Of a stretch of DNA of 18,188 bases, positions 1-6,944 are shown one piece after another. This stretch comes from a virus (taxonomy: Duplodnaviria; Heunggongvirae; Uroviricota; Caudoviricetes), in IMG/VR virus record IMGVR_UViG_2671181094_000006. One strand, written 5' to 3'. The number at the start of each line of letters is the position of its first letter. The first letter of the stretch is position 1. The notes under the pieces were generated by a model. It saw only the letters and a program-made list of their open reading frames with translations. It was not told where the DNA came from and made no database searches. Position numbers and translations under genes: made by a program.

Positions 1-537
1 TTACTCGTCCAGCAGAATCACTTTGCCGATATACGGCAGATGACGGTAACGCTGTGCGTAATCAATGCCGTAACCCACCACAAACTCATCCGGGATCGAG
101 AAACCGATAAATTCTACCGGGACGTTCACTTCACGACGGGACGGTTTATCCAGCAGCGTACAAATCGCCAGCGACTTCGGTTCGCGCAGGCTTAAGATCT
201 CACGCACTTTCGACAGTGTATTCCCCGAGTCGATGATATCTTCAACAATCAGCACGTCCTTGCCACGGATATCTTCATCCAGATCTTTGAGGATTTTCAC
301 ATCACGGGTGGTGGACATGCCGCTACCGTAGCTGGAGGCGGTCATAAAGTCGACTTCATGAGATACCTGAACTTCACGGCACAGGTCCGCCATAAACATA
401 AATGAGCCACGCAGCAGACCAACCAGCACCATATCGCTGCCGCTGTCTTTGTAACGCTCAGTAATCTGACGACCCAGTTCGGCGATACGCGCTTTAATCT
501 CCGCTTCGGGGATCATTACTTCTACAATATGTTTCAT
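1..537 (-). CDS. hpt: Hypoxanthine phosphoribosyltransferase
   Basis: Full-length 178-aa ORF. From memory it is essentially identical to E. coli Hpt ([30 protein letters not shown] ... GKVILLDE). It carries the PRPP-binding loop [13 protein letters not shown]. Confidence 0.97.
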   Translation of the reverse strand: MKHIVEVMIPEAEIKARIAELGRQITERYKDSGSDMVLVGLLRGSFMFMADLCREVQVSHEVDFMTASSYGSGMSTTRDVKILKDLDEDIRGKDVLIVEDIIDSGNTLSKVREILSLREPKSLAICTLLDKPSRREVNVPVEFIGFSIPDEFVVGYGIDYAQRYRHLPYIGKVILLDE

Positions 538-716
538 AATCTATATATCTCACTGATTTTAATCAGTTAAATTCAATCTCACACTATGCAATTCAGTAAA
601 TATTGATACACCGATTGATATACGGATTATCGCACAGAGCCGAAATCACGCATAAGCATGAGCACATTCCAAAGAGCTGGGGATTATAGCAAGGAAATAT
701 TGTAGGGGTAATGAAT

Positions 717-746
717 ACCATGCCTGCTTACGATTGCAGGCATGGT
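717..746 (-). terminator. Hairpin 8 nt downstream of the 755-1294 gene; possible intrinsic terminator
   Basis: Perfect 11-bp stem ACCATGCCTGC (717-727) / GCAGGCATGGT (736-746) with an 8-nt loop. The minus-strand trailing sequence AUUCAUUA is only weakly U-rich. Confidence 0.45.
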
Positions 747-754
747 GCAGACAT

Positions 755-1294
755 TTAATCCATGAGGCTGTTCAGTGCTTGCTCAACACTTTCATACTTC
801 TGCGTAGTTGGTTTACCTGTTGCGTTTTTAACCATTGAGAACAAAACCACCTCGCCGCTTAGGTCTGAAACACCAGTTGACTCTAAATACGGCAATAATT
901 CTTTCTCATAGAACTCAATTTCTTTTAGTAGCATTTCATCAGGCCTACCAGCCCAAGAATTACGCTCCGGGGACTTTCCACGTTTTATAGAGTAATTAAG
1001 CGAAAATTCTTTATTTTCATATTTGAACTCAACTGCACCATCACAACCAAAGAAGCTTCCTGTGAGTTTTGAGAAATCAATGAGAGTATCAAGGCCGCCG
1101 TTATAAGTGGCTTTCAACTTAGGAGTCTGGCCTGTAATTGTAAATCCTTTAGATTTAAAAAATTCCAAAACATCTTTCTGAATAGCGGTAGCAGCATCAT
1201 TTATTTGTTTATTCAACAACTCGCGCCGAGGAGCGCTGAATTCTTCAATTTTTGCTTTAAGATCTTGTAGTTTCATTTTGTTAGCTAATGACAT
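755..1294 (-). CDS. Hypothetical protein (179 aa), AT-rich orphan at the hpt-proximal island end
   Basis: The ORF in the track is 755-1369. I chose the ATG at 1294 (MSLANKMKLQDLK...) because AAGGA lies 5-6 nt upstream. It is visibly more AT-rich than its neighbours. I recognise no family. Confidence 0.7.
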   Translation of the reverse strand: MSLANKMKLQDLKAKIEEFSAPRRELLNKQINDAATAIQKDVLEFFKSKGFTITGQTPKLKATYNGGLDTLIDFSKLTGSFFGCDGAVEFKYENKEFSLNYSIKRGKSPERNSWAGRPDEMLLKEIEFYEKELLPYLESTGVSDLSGEVVLFSMVKNATGKPTTQKYESVEQALNSLMD

Positions 1295-1547
1295 ATAAAT
1301 TCCTTGTATATCCAGAGTAATAGCTGTGCATAGTCTATGCGATTTCATCCTACTGCTATAAAACATCAAATTCCATAAACATAACCATCAATTAGTTATA
1401 AATGCCTCGATGTTGAATGCGTCCCCCATACTCAACCGGGAATGGGCTGAGCACATTTATCATGACTGTGACCACCAGCCATGACGGCGGATTGTCATGA
1501 ATTACTAATGTATGATAGCACTGTCATACAATAAGGAATCTCCCACT

Positions 1548-1907
1548 ATGAGACTAACCAGCCGCAAAAAGACGATACTCAGCTACTTCGAACCGGATAA
1601 CCGCGACTGGGTGACGGGTGAGATCGGCGCACCTCCCCTTGATGTATCCGGCGTGGCGTACCTGCTGTATGGGACAGGCCTCGAAGACAACCGGCACTGG
1701 CTCGAATCCACCAGACGAACGCTGGAAGCAATGGTGAAAGATGGGTTGCTGGAGAGGTACCGGAGCAGGGAGGCGCGGAGTATCGTTATGGGCGGCGAGA
1801 CGACCGCTACCGTTGTCCGTTACGGCCTGCCGGGTACCGTTTCAGTGGTACGCGATACGGGAGGTGCAGACGGCACGATAGAAGGCGAATATGTGCGGGT
1901 CGTTTAA
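1548..1907 (+). CDS. Winged-helix DNA-binding protein, module A (119 aa); paralog of 5930-6289
   Basis: The ATG at 1548 follows AAGGAA. The layout is H1 KKTILSYF, H2 VSGVAYLL, H3 STRRTLEAMVKDGLLER, wing ATVVRYGLPG. It is roughly 70 percent identical by eye to the 5930-6289 product. Confidence 0.8.
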   Translation: MRLTSRKKTILSYFEPDNRDWVTGEIGAPPLDVSGVAYLLYGTGLEDNRHWLESTRRTLEAMVKDGLLERYRSREARSIVMGGETTATVVRYGLPGTVSVVRDTGGADGTIEGEYVRVV

Positions 1908-2095
1908 CGACGTGGATTATCTGGCCTCTTCCACTGGTAGGCTGGTGCCGTCATCCTCCGGCGGTGCCGTTCTTTAGCAGCGAGCGTTCCCGCAACCCTG
2001 CAACGTAACTCCAGCATATCGGTGGCATTCAGCTCATTCCCCTGCAGGCGGGCCAGCTCTTCAATTACCGCCTCGATTTTCTTCTGTTTTAACAC
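1904..2095 (-). CDS. Small protein (63 aa) with a conserved C-terminal APAYQWK(R/K)P..PRR tail, module A
   Basis: GTG start with AGGAAG 8 nt upstream. The C-terminal 15 residues match the 6945-7130 product. Its stop codon overlaps the stop of the convergent 1548-1907 gene within TTAA (1904-1907). Confidence 0.6.
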   Translation of the reverse strand: MLKQKKIEAVIEELARLQGNELNATDMLELRCRVAGTLAAKERHRRRMTAPAYQWKRPDNPRR

Positions 2096-2201
2096 GCTAT
2101 ATCTTCCTGCTCTATAGGCTCACCGGCTACGCCCTGAGCATCGTTATAAAAAGCCAGCCCCGGAGGGCTGGAATAACAGGAGCCCGCTGGCACACTTTGC
2201 T

Positions 2202-2789
2202 TTAATCGGTATCGTCGGCCAGGGCATACAGCAACGAAGGGATCACTCTCCGCATGGCTGTTTCTTCGGTTTCATCGCTCATGAGAGTCAGGGTGTAATC
2301 CCGGCACTCGTAAATCACATCATATGCAGACAGGCCGAACGCGCCGCCCGCAATGATCTGCCCAATTTCAACATCTGGCGTTTCAACAATCGACAGCCGG
2401 TAGCCGCCGAACGTCACAGGAGGGTTATAAGGCCCTTCGCTTACAAACAGCTCTACGGCCTTTGCAGCAACCTGGGCTCGTTCGTCCGGGTCCACCCCGG
2501 ACACCTTACCGGCACCTGACACCATGATGCGCTTAATCTCCGCAACACTCATTTCCACCAGCGTATACCCCTGCACCTCACCAGCTGGAGCAGGCTTGGT
2601 TTTACCCCTGGCATTCTTCGTACGCGGGTCACTGGCGCTGCGGTATCGTGCCAGATAAGTATCACAGGCCTCCTGGTCAATCTTCCCGTCAACCCGCGCC
2701 GGAAATCCTTCATGACTCTCCCAGTTATACAGTGCCTGCCGGCTCATTCCGGCATGTTTTGCGTACTGGCTGACGCTCATTAGTGACAT
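2202..2789 (-). CDS. Nu1-like (small-terminase-type) HTH protein; candidate packaging-redirection (Rpp-like) or small terminase subunit
   Basis: The ATG at 2789 has AGGAG 7 nt upstream. The N-terminus MSVSQYAKHAGMSRQALYNW...FP resembles the lambda Nu1 N-terminal winged HTH (KKQLADIFGASIRTIQNWQEQGMP). A repeat field lies immediately upstream, as cosB does for Nu1. Confidence 0.7.
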   Translation of the reverse strand: MSLMSVSQYAKHAGMSRQALYNWESHEGFPARVDGKIDQEACDTYLARYRSASDPRTKNARGKTKPAPAGEVQGYTLVEMSVAEIKRIMVSGAGKVSGVDPDERAQVAAKAVELFVSEGPYNPPVTFGGYRLSIVETPDVEIGQIIAGGAFGLSAYDVIYECRDYTLTLMSDETEETAMRRVIPSLLYALADDTD

Positions 2790-2826
2790 AATTTTTCTCC
2801 TGCCTCATTGTCACCGGCTGGCCAGT

Positions 2827-3033
2827 GTGTCAACCCGCCGGCGGGAAACTGTCAATCAAACGTCAAGGGATCAACCGCTTGACACTTTTTTCTGTCAACT
2901 TGACACTTTTCGGGCTGAAAGTGTCAATCAAACTGTCAATCAAAACTTTCACGAATTCCCCTGCATCACGCGCCGCCTCTGGACCTTAACAACCTGACAA
3001 CAAAAAAGTGTCAAGTGTAAAGTGTCAATCAAA
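2827..3033 (-). repeat. Repeat field upstream of the Nu1-like gene; candidate cosB-like binding sites or a promoter cluster
   Basis: Four exact same-orientation copies of TGTCAATCAAA lie at 2850, 2922, 2934 and 3023. Extra TGTCAA copies lie at 2828, 2893 and 3009. Inverted TTGACA copies lie at 2879 and 2900. A TGTCAAcTTGACA palindrome spans 2893-2905. A perfect 12-bp palindrome CCCGCCGGCGGG spans 2834-2845. Confidence 0.55.
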
Positions 3034-3137
3034 TTGAAAACCTGCAGCTACAAAAACACTGCGGCGCGCAATGCCCGTGCCTTACAAAAGTCTCAGGAAG
3101 GACCCATTTTTTCTGAGGGCCATTCCATAGTTATCAC

Positions 3138-3563
3138 TTAATGAACTTCCGGCATCACAGGCCATTCAATATCTGGGGCATCATCAGGGTTAACACGACT
3201 GAGCAGAACGGAGTATTTTTCCCAGTGTTCCAGTCGCGTTTTTTCATCCAAGGTAGCCATTCCGTATTTCACAGCACGCGCTAAAGGGACGATAACGTCC
3301 TCAGCCTTTGTACGTTGCCGCTCTTTTTCAGCCCCAGCCAGCCTGGATAACTGTGCTTTGGTCTGTGGAGGTACATCGACCCACGAGGGCAAGCCATCAG
3401 CCCCTACCCCCCTTTGCTTACCTTCTGGTGGAACCCTGGTGAACTCGTGAAAAACGTTATCACTGACTGCTATAAGGTCCGCTGGTAGAGAATTGTTGTC
3501 CCGATAAGCTGGTAATAATTCATCAGGGTAAAAACACGCCGTTGACGCACTAAAATGATACAT
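3138..3563 (-). CDS. Tail fibre assembly chaperone (Tfa family)
   Basis: The start MYHFSASTACFYP is typical of Tfa proteins. The C-terminus HWEKYSVLLSRVNPDDAPDIEWPVMP matches the conserved Tfa tail (W.KYRVLLNRVD...APDIEWP). The start lies 2 nt after the fibre gene stop. Confidence 0.85.
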   Translation of the reverse strand: MYHFSASTACFYPDELLPAYRDNNSLPADLIAVSDNVFHEFTRVPPEGKQRGVGADGLPSWVDVPPQTKAQLSRLAGAEKERQRTKAEDVIVPLARAVKYGMATLDEKTRLEHWEKYSVLLSRVNPDDAPDIEWPVMPEVH

Positions 3564-3565
3564 GA

Positions 3566-4099
3566 CTATTCCCCTATAGCTAACCATCCAAAATTATCTG
3601 CATTACCCGAACTGCCGCTGATCCAGCCATATGCACGGAAACCGGAATTGGAATCATTGGTTACGGACACGTAACGATTTCCATCTGCGTACTTCGTAGC
3701 AACAATAGCAATAGCCCGCTTAGGAAAAGGTATCGGATACTGAACATTACCTGATGGTGAATTAATAGTGGCAGTTCCCATTTGAACAATAATATTTTTC
3801 TTTTCACCTGATGGTGTTCGGGTAGGAATAATACAGTAACCCTGTGAAGTAAGGGCACCTACGATGGGTTCAGATAGAAGGGCGGTGATCCTCAACTCAT
3901 CAATAACTTCGTTTAACTGACCATCATTTTCAGGCTCAAGCTGGCGGCCAGAACCCTCTACCACGCCCACCATCTCACGCTGCCAGGTATTAAAAATATC
4001 GGCAACAAGAATTGTTGGTGATACCCCATTAGCAACATTACCTTGTGTAAATTCCCCATTACTATCAGCAGTATCAGTGACTGAACTTATCTTACGCAT
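3566..4099 (-). CDS. Short tail fibre / receptor-binding tip protein (177 aa)
   Basis: The N-terminal motif FTQGNVANGVSPTILVADIFNTWQREMVGVVEGSG..L.....QL resembles the conserved tail-fibre motif (T...A.WLN..QEEL.NVI...G). The C-terminal GYCIIP...IIVQMG...VQYPIPFP...FGWLAIGE resembles gp53-like tail-fibre C-terminal domains. A Tfa gene follows directly. Confidence 0.8.
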   Translation of the reverse strand: MRKISSVTDTADSNGEFTQGNVANGVSPTILVADIFNTWQREMVGVVEGSGRQLEPENDGQLNEVIDELRITALLSEPIVGALTSQGYCIIPTRTPSGEKKNIIVQMGTATINSPSGNVQYPIPFPKRAIAIVATKYADGNRYVSVTNDSNSGFRAYGWISGSSGNADNFGWLAIGE

Positions 4100-4127
4100 T
4101 ATGCATATCCTTTAATTGATATCTTCG

Positions 4128-4595
4128 CTATATAGAAAGCGTATCTGCCATACTCACCGGCTCGATATACTTCTCAAGCGCTAACAGAGCGGCGTTAAAA
4201 CCAGCACGATAGCCGTTTGTGTCACCGTTAATCATGCTGTGTTGAAATGCCGCCATGTTCTGGTCTTCGGCATCAAGGAACTCCCAGCCAGGATAAACTT
4301 TCTCCATAGCCCGCCGGGTAAAACGACTGAGCTGGCGAGCGCTGCCTTTTAGTCTGGCAATAGCCTTCTGATGTGGGATCCCTTCCGCGATAAGATGAAA
4401 TGCCTGTATCGGATTTTGTTTTGCCGCTTTGCTCACCGCTATCAGATGCGCATCAGAATGGGGGCATTCAGGGAGTTCCTCTTCTTCAAGCGATTGCTGA
4501 AGCTGGTGCATACGCTGCATACGGCGCCCGGAAAAGCCATATGCATGCGCATCAGGTTGCTGCTTGTTGAGGTGCTGAAAGTTCATAACGCTCAT
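4128..4595 (-). CDS. Hypothetical protein; paralog of the central domain of the 4607-5383 product
   Basis: It shares a ~95-aa domain with the upstream gene: AVS..AK.NP ... F....ME...P.WEF.D.E ... D.NGY.A....AL.AL.K..EP. The start may instead be the ATG at 4586 (MNFQHL), which has better GGAG spacing. Confidence 0.75.
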   Translation of the reverse strand: MSVMNFQHLNKQQPDAHAYGFSGRRMQRMHQLQQSLEEEELPECPHSDAHLIAVSKAAKQNPIQAFHLIAEGIPHQKAIARLKGSARQLSRFTRRAMEKVYPGWEFLDAEDQNMAAFQHSMINGDTNGYRAGFNAALLALEKYIEPVSMADTLSI

Positions 4596-4606
4596 CTCCG
4601 CAGCTC

Positions 4607-5383
4607 TCAGAGAGGAACCTGCGATTTTAGGAGTTCGGCTTCTCGTGCCGGCCCTTCAATCTTGCCATTCACCCGACGGGTATCCCCCGGCAGGCTCACA
4701 CCAGATGCCCGGATACGATCGTTACGGCGTGCAGCAGCCTGCGCGACCTCTTCCCGGTACTCTTCGTCAGCCTTACGGCGAGCATTCACATTCTGAGGTG
4801 ACATAGGGTCATAGTCGTTTTGCATCTTAGATGCCTTGCTGGCTAATGCCTTAATCTCGTCTTCTGTCAGAGGCTCTTCCATCTTCTTCAGCGCCTTCAG
4901 AGCGCTACTCTGGGCAGCAGAGTAACCATTTGCATCACGGTTCTGCGTTGAAAACGTTAGCGCCGAGCGAGCTTTCTCTTCGTCATCCTGAAATTCCCAG
5001 GTCGGGTCATTCTCTTCCATAAACTTTTGGGTAAACACAGAAAGCGCCATCGGCGACGATGCCAGTTGCAGCTTTATTTTCTTCGAAGAAAGTTCCGTTT
5101 CCTTCAGCAAACGAACCGCCAGAACCGGGTTATTTTTTGCCTCCGGGGAAACCGCGACATTGTGGCCGCGACTGTGCTGCTTAGGTCTGGCGATCCGGGC
5201 GTCGTCACTGTCCAGTTTCAGTGGCACATTCCCGTTATCAGACTCGCCTTTCGTTTTGGTTTTGCCTGACAGATGCGAGAAATCAAACATGGATGGGTTT
5301 TCCTCAGATAGTTGGGGCTGTTTTTTCTTATCTTTCGTACCGAACGCTCTTAGCGCCCATGCGGGTAACGTCATTAACGGCAT
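4607..5383 (-). CDS. Hypothetical protein (258 aa), charged and Lys-rich, with a domain paralogous to 4128-4595
   Basis: The ATG at 5383 has GAGGAAA about 7 nt upstream. The alternative ATG at 5290 would remove the overlap with the 66-aa ORF. Confidence 0.75.
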   Translation of the reverse strand: MPLMTLPAWALRAFGTKDKKKQPQLSEENPSMFDFSHLSGKTKTKGESDNGNVPLKLDSDDARIARPKQHSRGHNVAVSPEAKNNPVLAVRLLKETELSSKKIKLQLASSPMALSVFTQKFMEENDPTWEFQDDEEKARSALTFSTQNRDANGYSAAQSSALKALKKMEEPLTEDEIKALASKASKMQNDYDPMSPQNVNARRKADEEYREEVAQAAARRNDRIRASGVSLPGDTRRVNGKIEGPAREAELLKSQVPL

Positions 5384-5528
5384 GGCATGCTTTCCTCTGG
5401 TTGGCGATTATCCGGCGGAGCCACATGAGTTTTTTCTTCTGCTTTCTGAACAGGCGCTCTCTCTTCGCCGCGGCAAACCATTCCGGTAACACCCAGCTTG
5501 TTTTGCTCCTGCACTCCTGGCACGGCAT
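5328..5528 (-). CDS. Small basic protein (66 aa), hypothetical
   Basis: Its ATG overlaps the stop of the upstream RHH-like gene in TAATG (5526-5530), which suggests translational coupling. It is very Arg/Lys-rich. It overlaps the annotated start of the next gene by 56 nt, so one of the two starts is uncertain. Confidence 0.5.
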   Translation of the reverse strand: MPCQECRSKTSWVLPEWFAAAKRERLFRKQKKKLMWLRRIIANQRKACHAVNDVTRMGAKSVRYER

Positions 5529-5704
5529 TACTTTTTATTTGTTTCATGTCTACTAATCCCCTGACGTAAAAGGTGACGCGCCAGCTCCTGAATACTCGGG
5601 GCTGCGCCTACGGTAGAACGTCGGCATTCATCCTCACGGAGGCGCTGTAAACCTTCGAGAATCGGCTGATCAACAAGAATCGGCTTTTTGTTAGTGACTG
5701 CCAT
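5528..5704 (-). CDS. Small ribbon-helix-helix-like protein (58 aa), first gene of the tail-fibre operon; not in the supplied ORF track
   Basis: Hand translation gives MAVTNKKPILVDQPILEGLQRLREDECRRSTVGAAPSIQELARHLLRQGISRHETNKK. A strong SD, AGGAGG, lies 7 nt upstream of the ATG at 5704. The strand-helix-helix pattern is typical of CopG/Arc proteins. Confidence 0.6.
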   Translation of the reverse strand: MAVTNKKPILVDQPILEGLQRLREDECRRSTVGAAPSIQELARHLLRQGISRHETNKK

Positions 5705-5929
5705 TTCCTGACCTCCTGATACTGGTTAAACGTACATACTTCTTCTGTATGGGGTTAACTTATGATCAATAAAATAAATCGTCAAGATAAAATATTTTAA
5801 TTAAAAGGGTTGCGGACTACATGAGGGGGTACTGATTGCGTTACAAAATGGAGGGGAAAGTTAAGTAGCCATTCCTCACCGCTTCTTATTGTATGATAGT
5901 GCTATCCCACAATAAGGAACCTGCCAGCC

Positions 5930-6289
5930 ATGAGAATGACCAGCCGCAAAAAAGAGATACTCAGCTACTTTGAACCGGATAACCGCGATTGGGTAACAGG
6001 TGAGATTGGTGCGCCGCCGTTCGATGTGTCGGGTGTGGCCTACCTGCTTCATGGCATGGGATCATTCGGTAAACGCCACCAGCTCGAATCAACCCGGCGT
6101 ACGCTCGAAAGCATGGTTGCCGGTGGACTGCTTGAGCGAATGACAGTGTATGAATCCCGTCAGGTACGGCGCGGCGGTGAAACCAGCGCAACAGTCGTGC
6201 GCTACGGTTTACCGGGACAGTGTGCCGTTGTGCGAGATAGTGGCGGCGCTGATAACGCAATACCAGGTGAATACATGCGGGTCAGTTAA
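5930..6289 (+). CDS. Winged-helix DNA-binding protein, module B (119 aa); paralog of 1548-1907
   Basis: MRMTSRKKEILSYFEPDNRDWVTGEIGAPPFDVSGVAYLLHG... The ~40-bp leader and operator (TGTATGATAG..CACAATAAGGAA) are conserved with copy A. Confidence 0.8.
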   Translation: MRMTSRKKEILSYFEPDNRDWVTGEIGAPPFDVSGVAYLLHGMGSFGKRHQLESTRRTLESMVAGGLLERMTVYESRQVRRGGETSATVVRYGLPGQCAVVRDSGGADNAIPGEYMRVS

Positions 6290-6824
6290 GAGCCTGCAAT
6301 CTGTCGTTGATGCGGCTCAGGTCGTAAACCCGGCGTTCAATATCCAGCATCAGGAAATTGTGGATCTCGGCCTGCTCAGGATTATCAGACTCTCTGGCCT
6401 GTAATAGCAATTCATTGTATCCATGCAAGCCGCCTGAGTTTTCCGCCGGGGTGGTGCCTTTCCCACGCAGGCAGCTAATGGGCTGATTACTCGTATCGTG
6501 TGTTTGCTTCTCCAGCACAATGACGCAATCCCACCAGTCGCCAAAGTCATACGTGTAAACCAGCTTGTCACCCTCATTCTGGAGCGCTGCCCATAGTGGT
6601 GTGATTGCCGCGTTACCCATGCTTTCACCCTCACCCCATACGCGATACTCGCTACCTAGATCACCTTTACGGCCTTTCTCGAACATATACAGATGTTCGT
6701 CATTCCAGCCAAAAGCCAACTGGATCACCGCGTGAAGTTCACTAAAGGGGATTTGCTCTGGAACCAGCACACGCCGCCATATTGGTGGTTTGCTGTCTCG
6801 GATGGTTATCTTTAGCTGGTACAT
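6282..6824 (-). CDS. Plasmid pRiA4b ORF-3-like (PF07929-type) protein, 180 aa
   Basis: From the ATG at 6824, MYQLKITIRDSKPPIWRRVLVPEQIPFSELHAVIQLAFGWNDEHLYMFE matches the family signature (vyqLkv.L....PpIWRr..Vp....L..LH..Iq.a.GW.d.HL..F). The track ORF starts further upstream, at 6872. The 3' end overlaps the convergent 5930-6289 gene by 8 nt. Confidence 0.8.
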   Translation of the reverse strand: MYQLKITIRDSKPPIWRRVLVPEQIPFSELHAVIQLAFGWNDEHLYMFEKGRKGDLGSEYRVWGEGESMGNAAITPLWAALQNEGDKLVYTYDFGDWWDCVIVLEKQTHDTSNQPISCLRGKGTTPAENSGGLHGYNELLLQARESDNPEQAEIHNFLMLDIERRVYDLSRINDRLQALN

Positions 6825-6944
6825 GCAAATCCTGAATAAATGCGAATCGGAAGGATAACGATACTGACGCACTCACAATTCTGTAAAGGTGAATAAAGGT
6901 AATTTGCTTAATACGCATAAGTTACATGTGGAATAATCCCATAT

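Noticed and set aside
2960-2990. Exact lambda-type cosN (GGGCGGCGACCT)
   Set aside because: It is not present on either strand anywhere in the window. Only a partial match (GGCGGCG core within GAGGCGGCGCGT) exists, so identity of the cohesive end with lambdoid helpers cannot be claimed. It is kept only as a positional analogy in the cos-like finding.
3661-3858. 65-aa ORF nested in the tail-fibre gene
   Set aside because: It is on the same strand in a different frame, entirely inside a gene with recognisable fibre motifs, and has no independent signal.
4371-5556. Plus-strand ORFs opposite the tail-fibre operon (4371-4796, 5027-5269, 5160-5489, 5221-5556)
   Set aside because: They are antisense to well-supported minus-strand genes, with junk-like Arg/Leu/Cys-rich products and no ribosome-binding sites.
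5961-6634. Alternative-frame ORFs over the module B genes (5961-6260 minus, 6150-6404 plus, 6350-6634 minus)
   Set aside because: They overlap the wHTH paralog and the PRiA4-like gene. Those two genes have paralog or family support; these frames have none.
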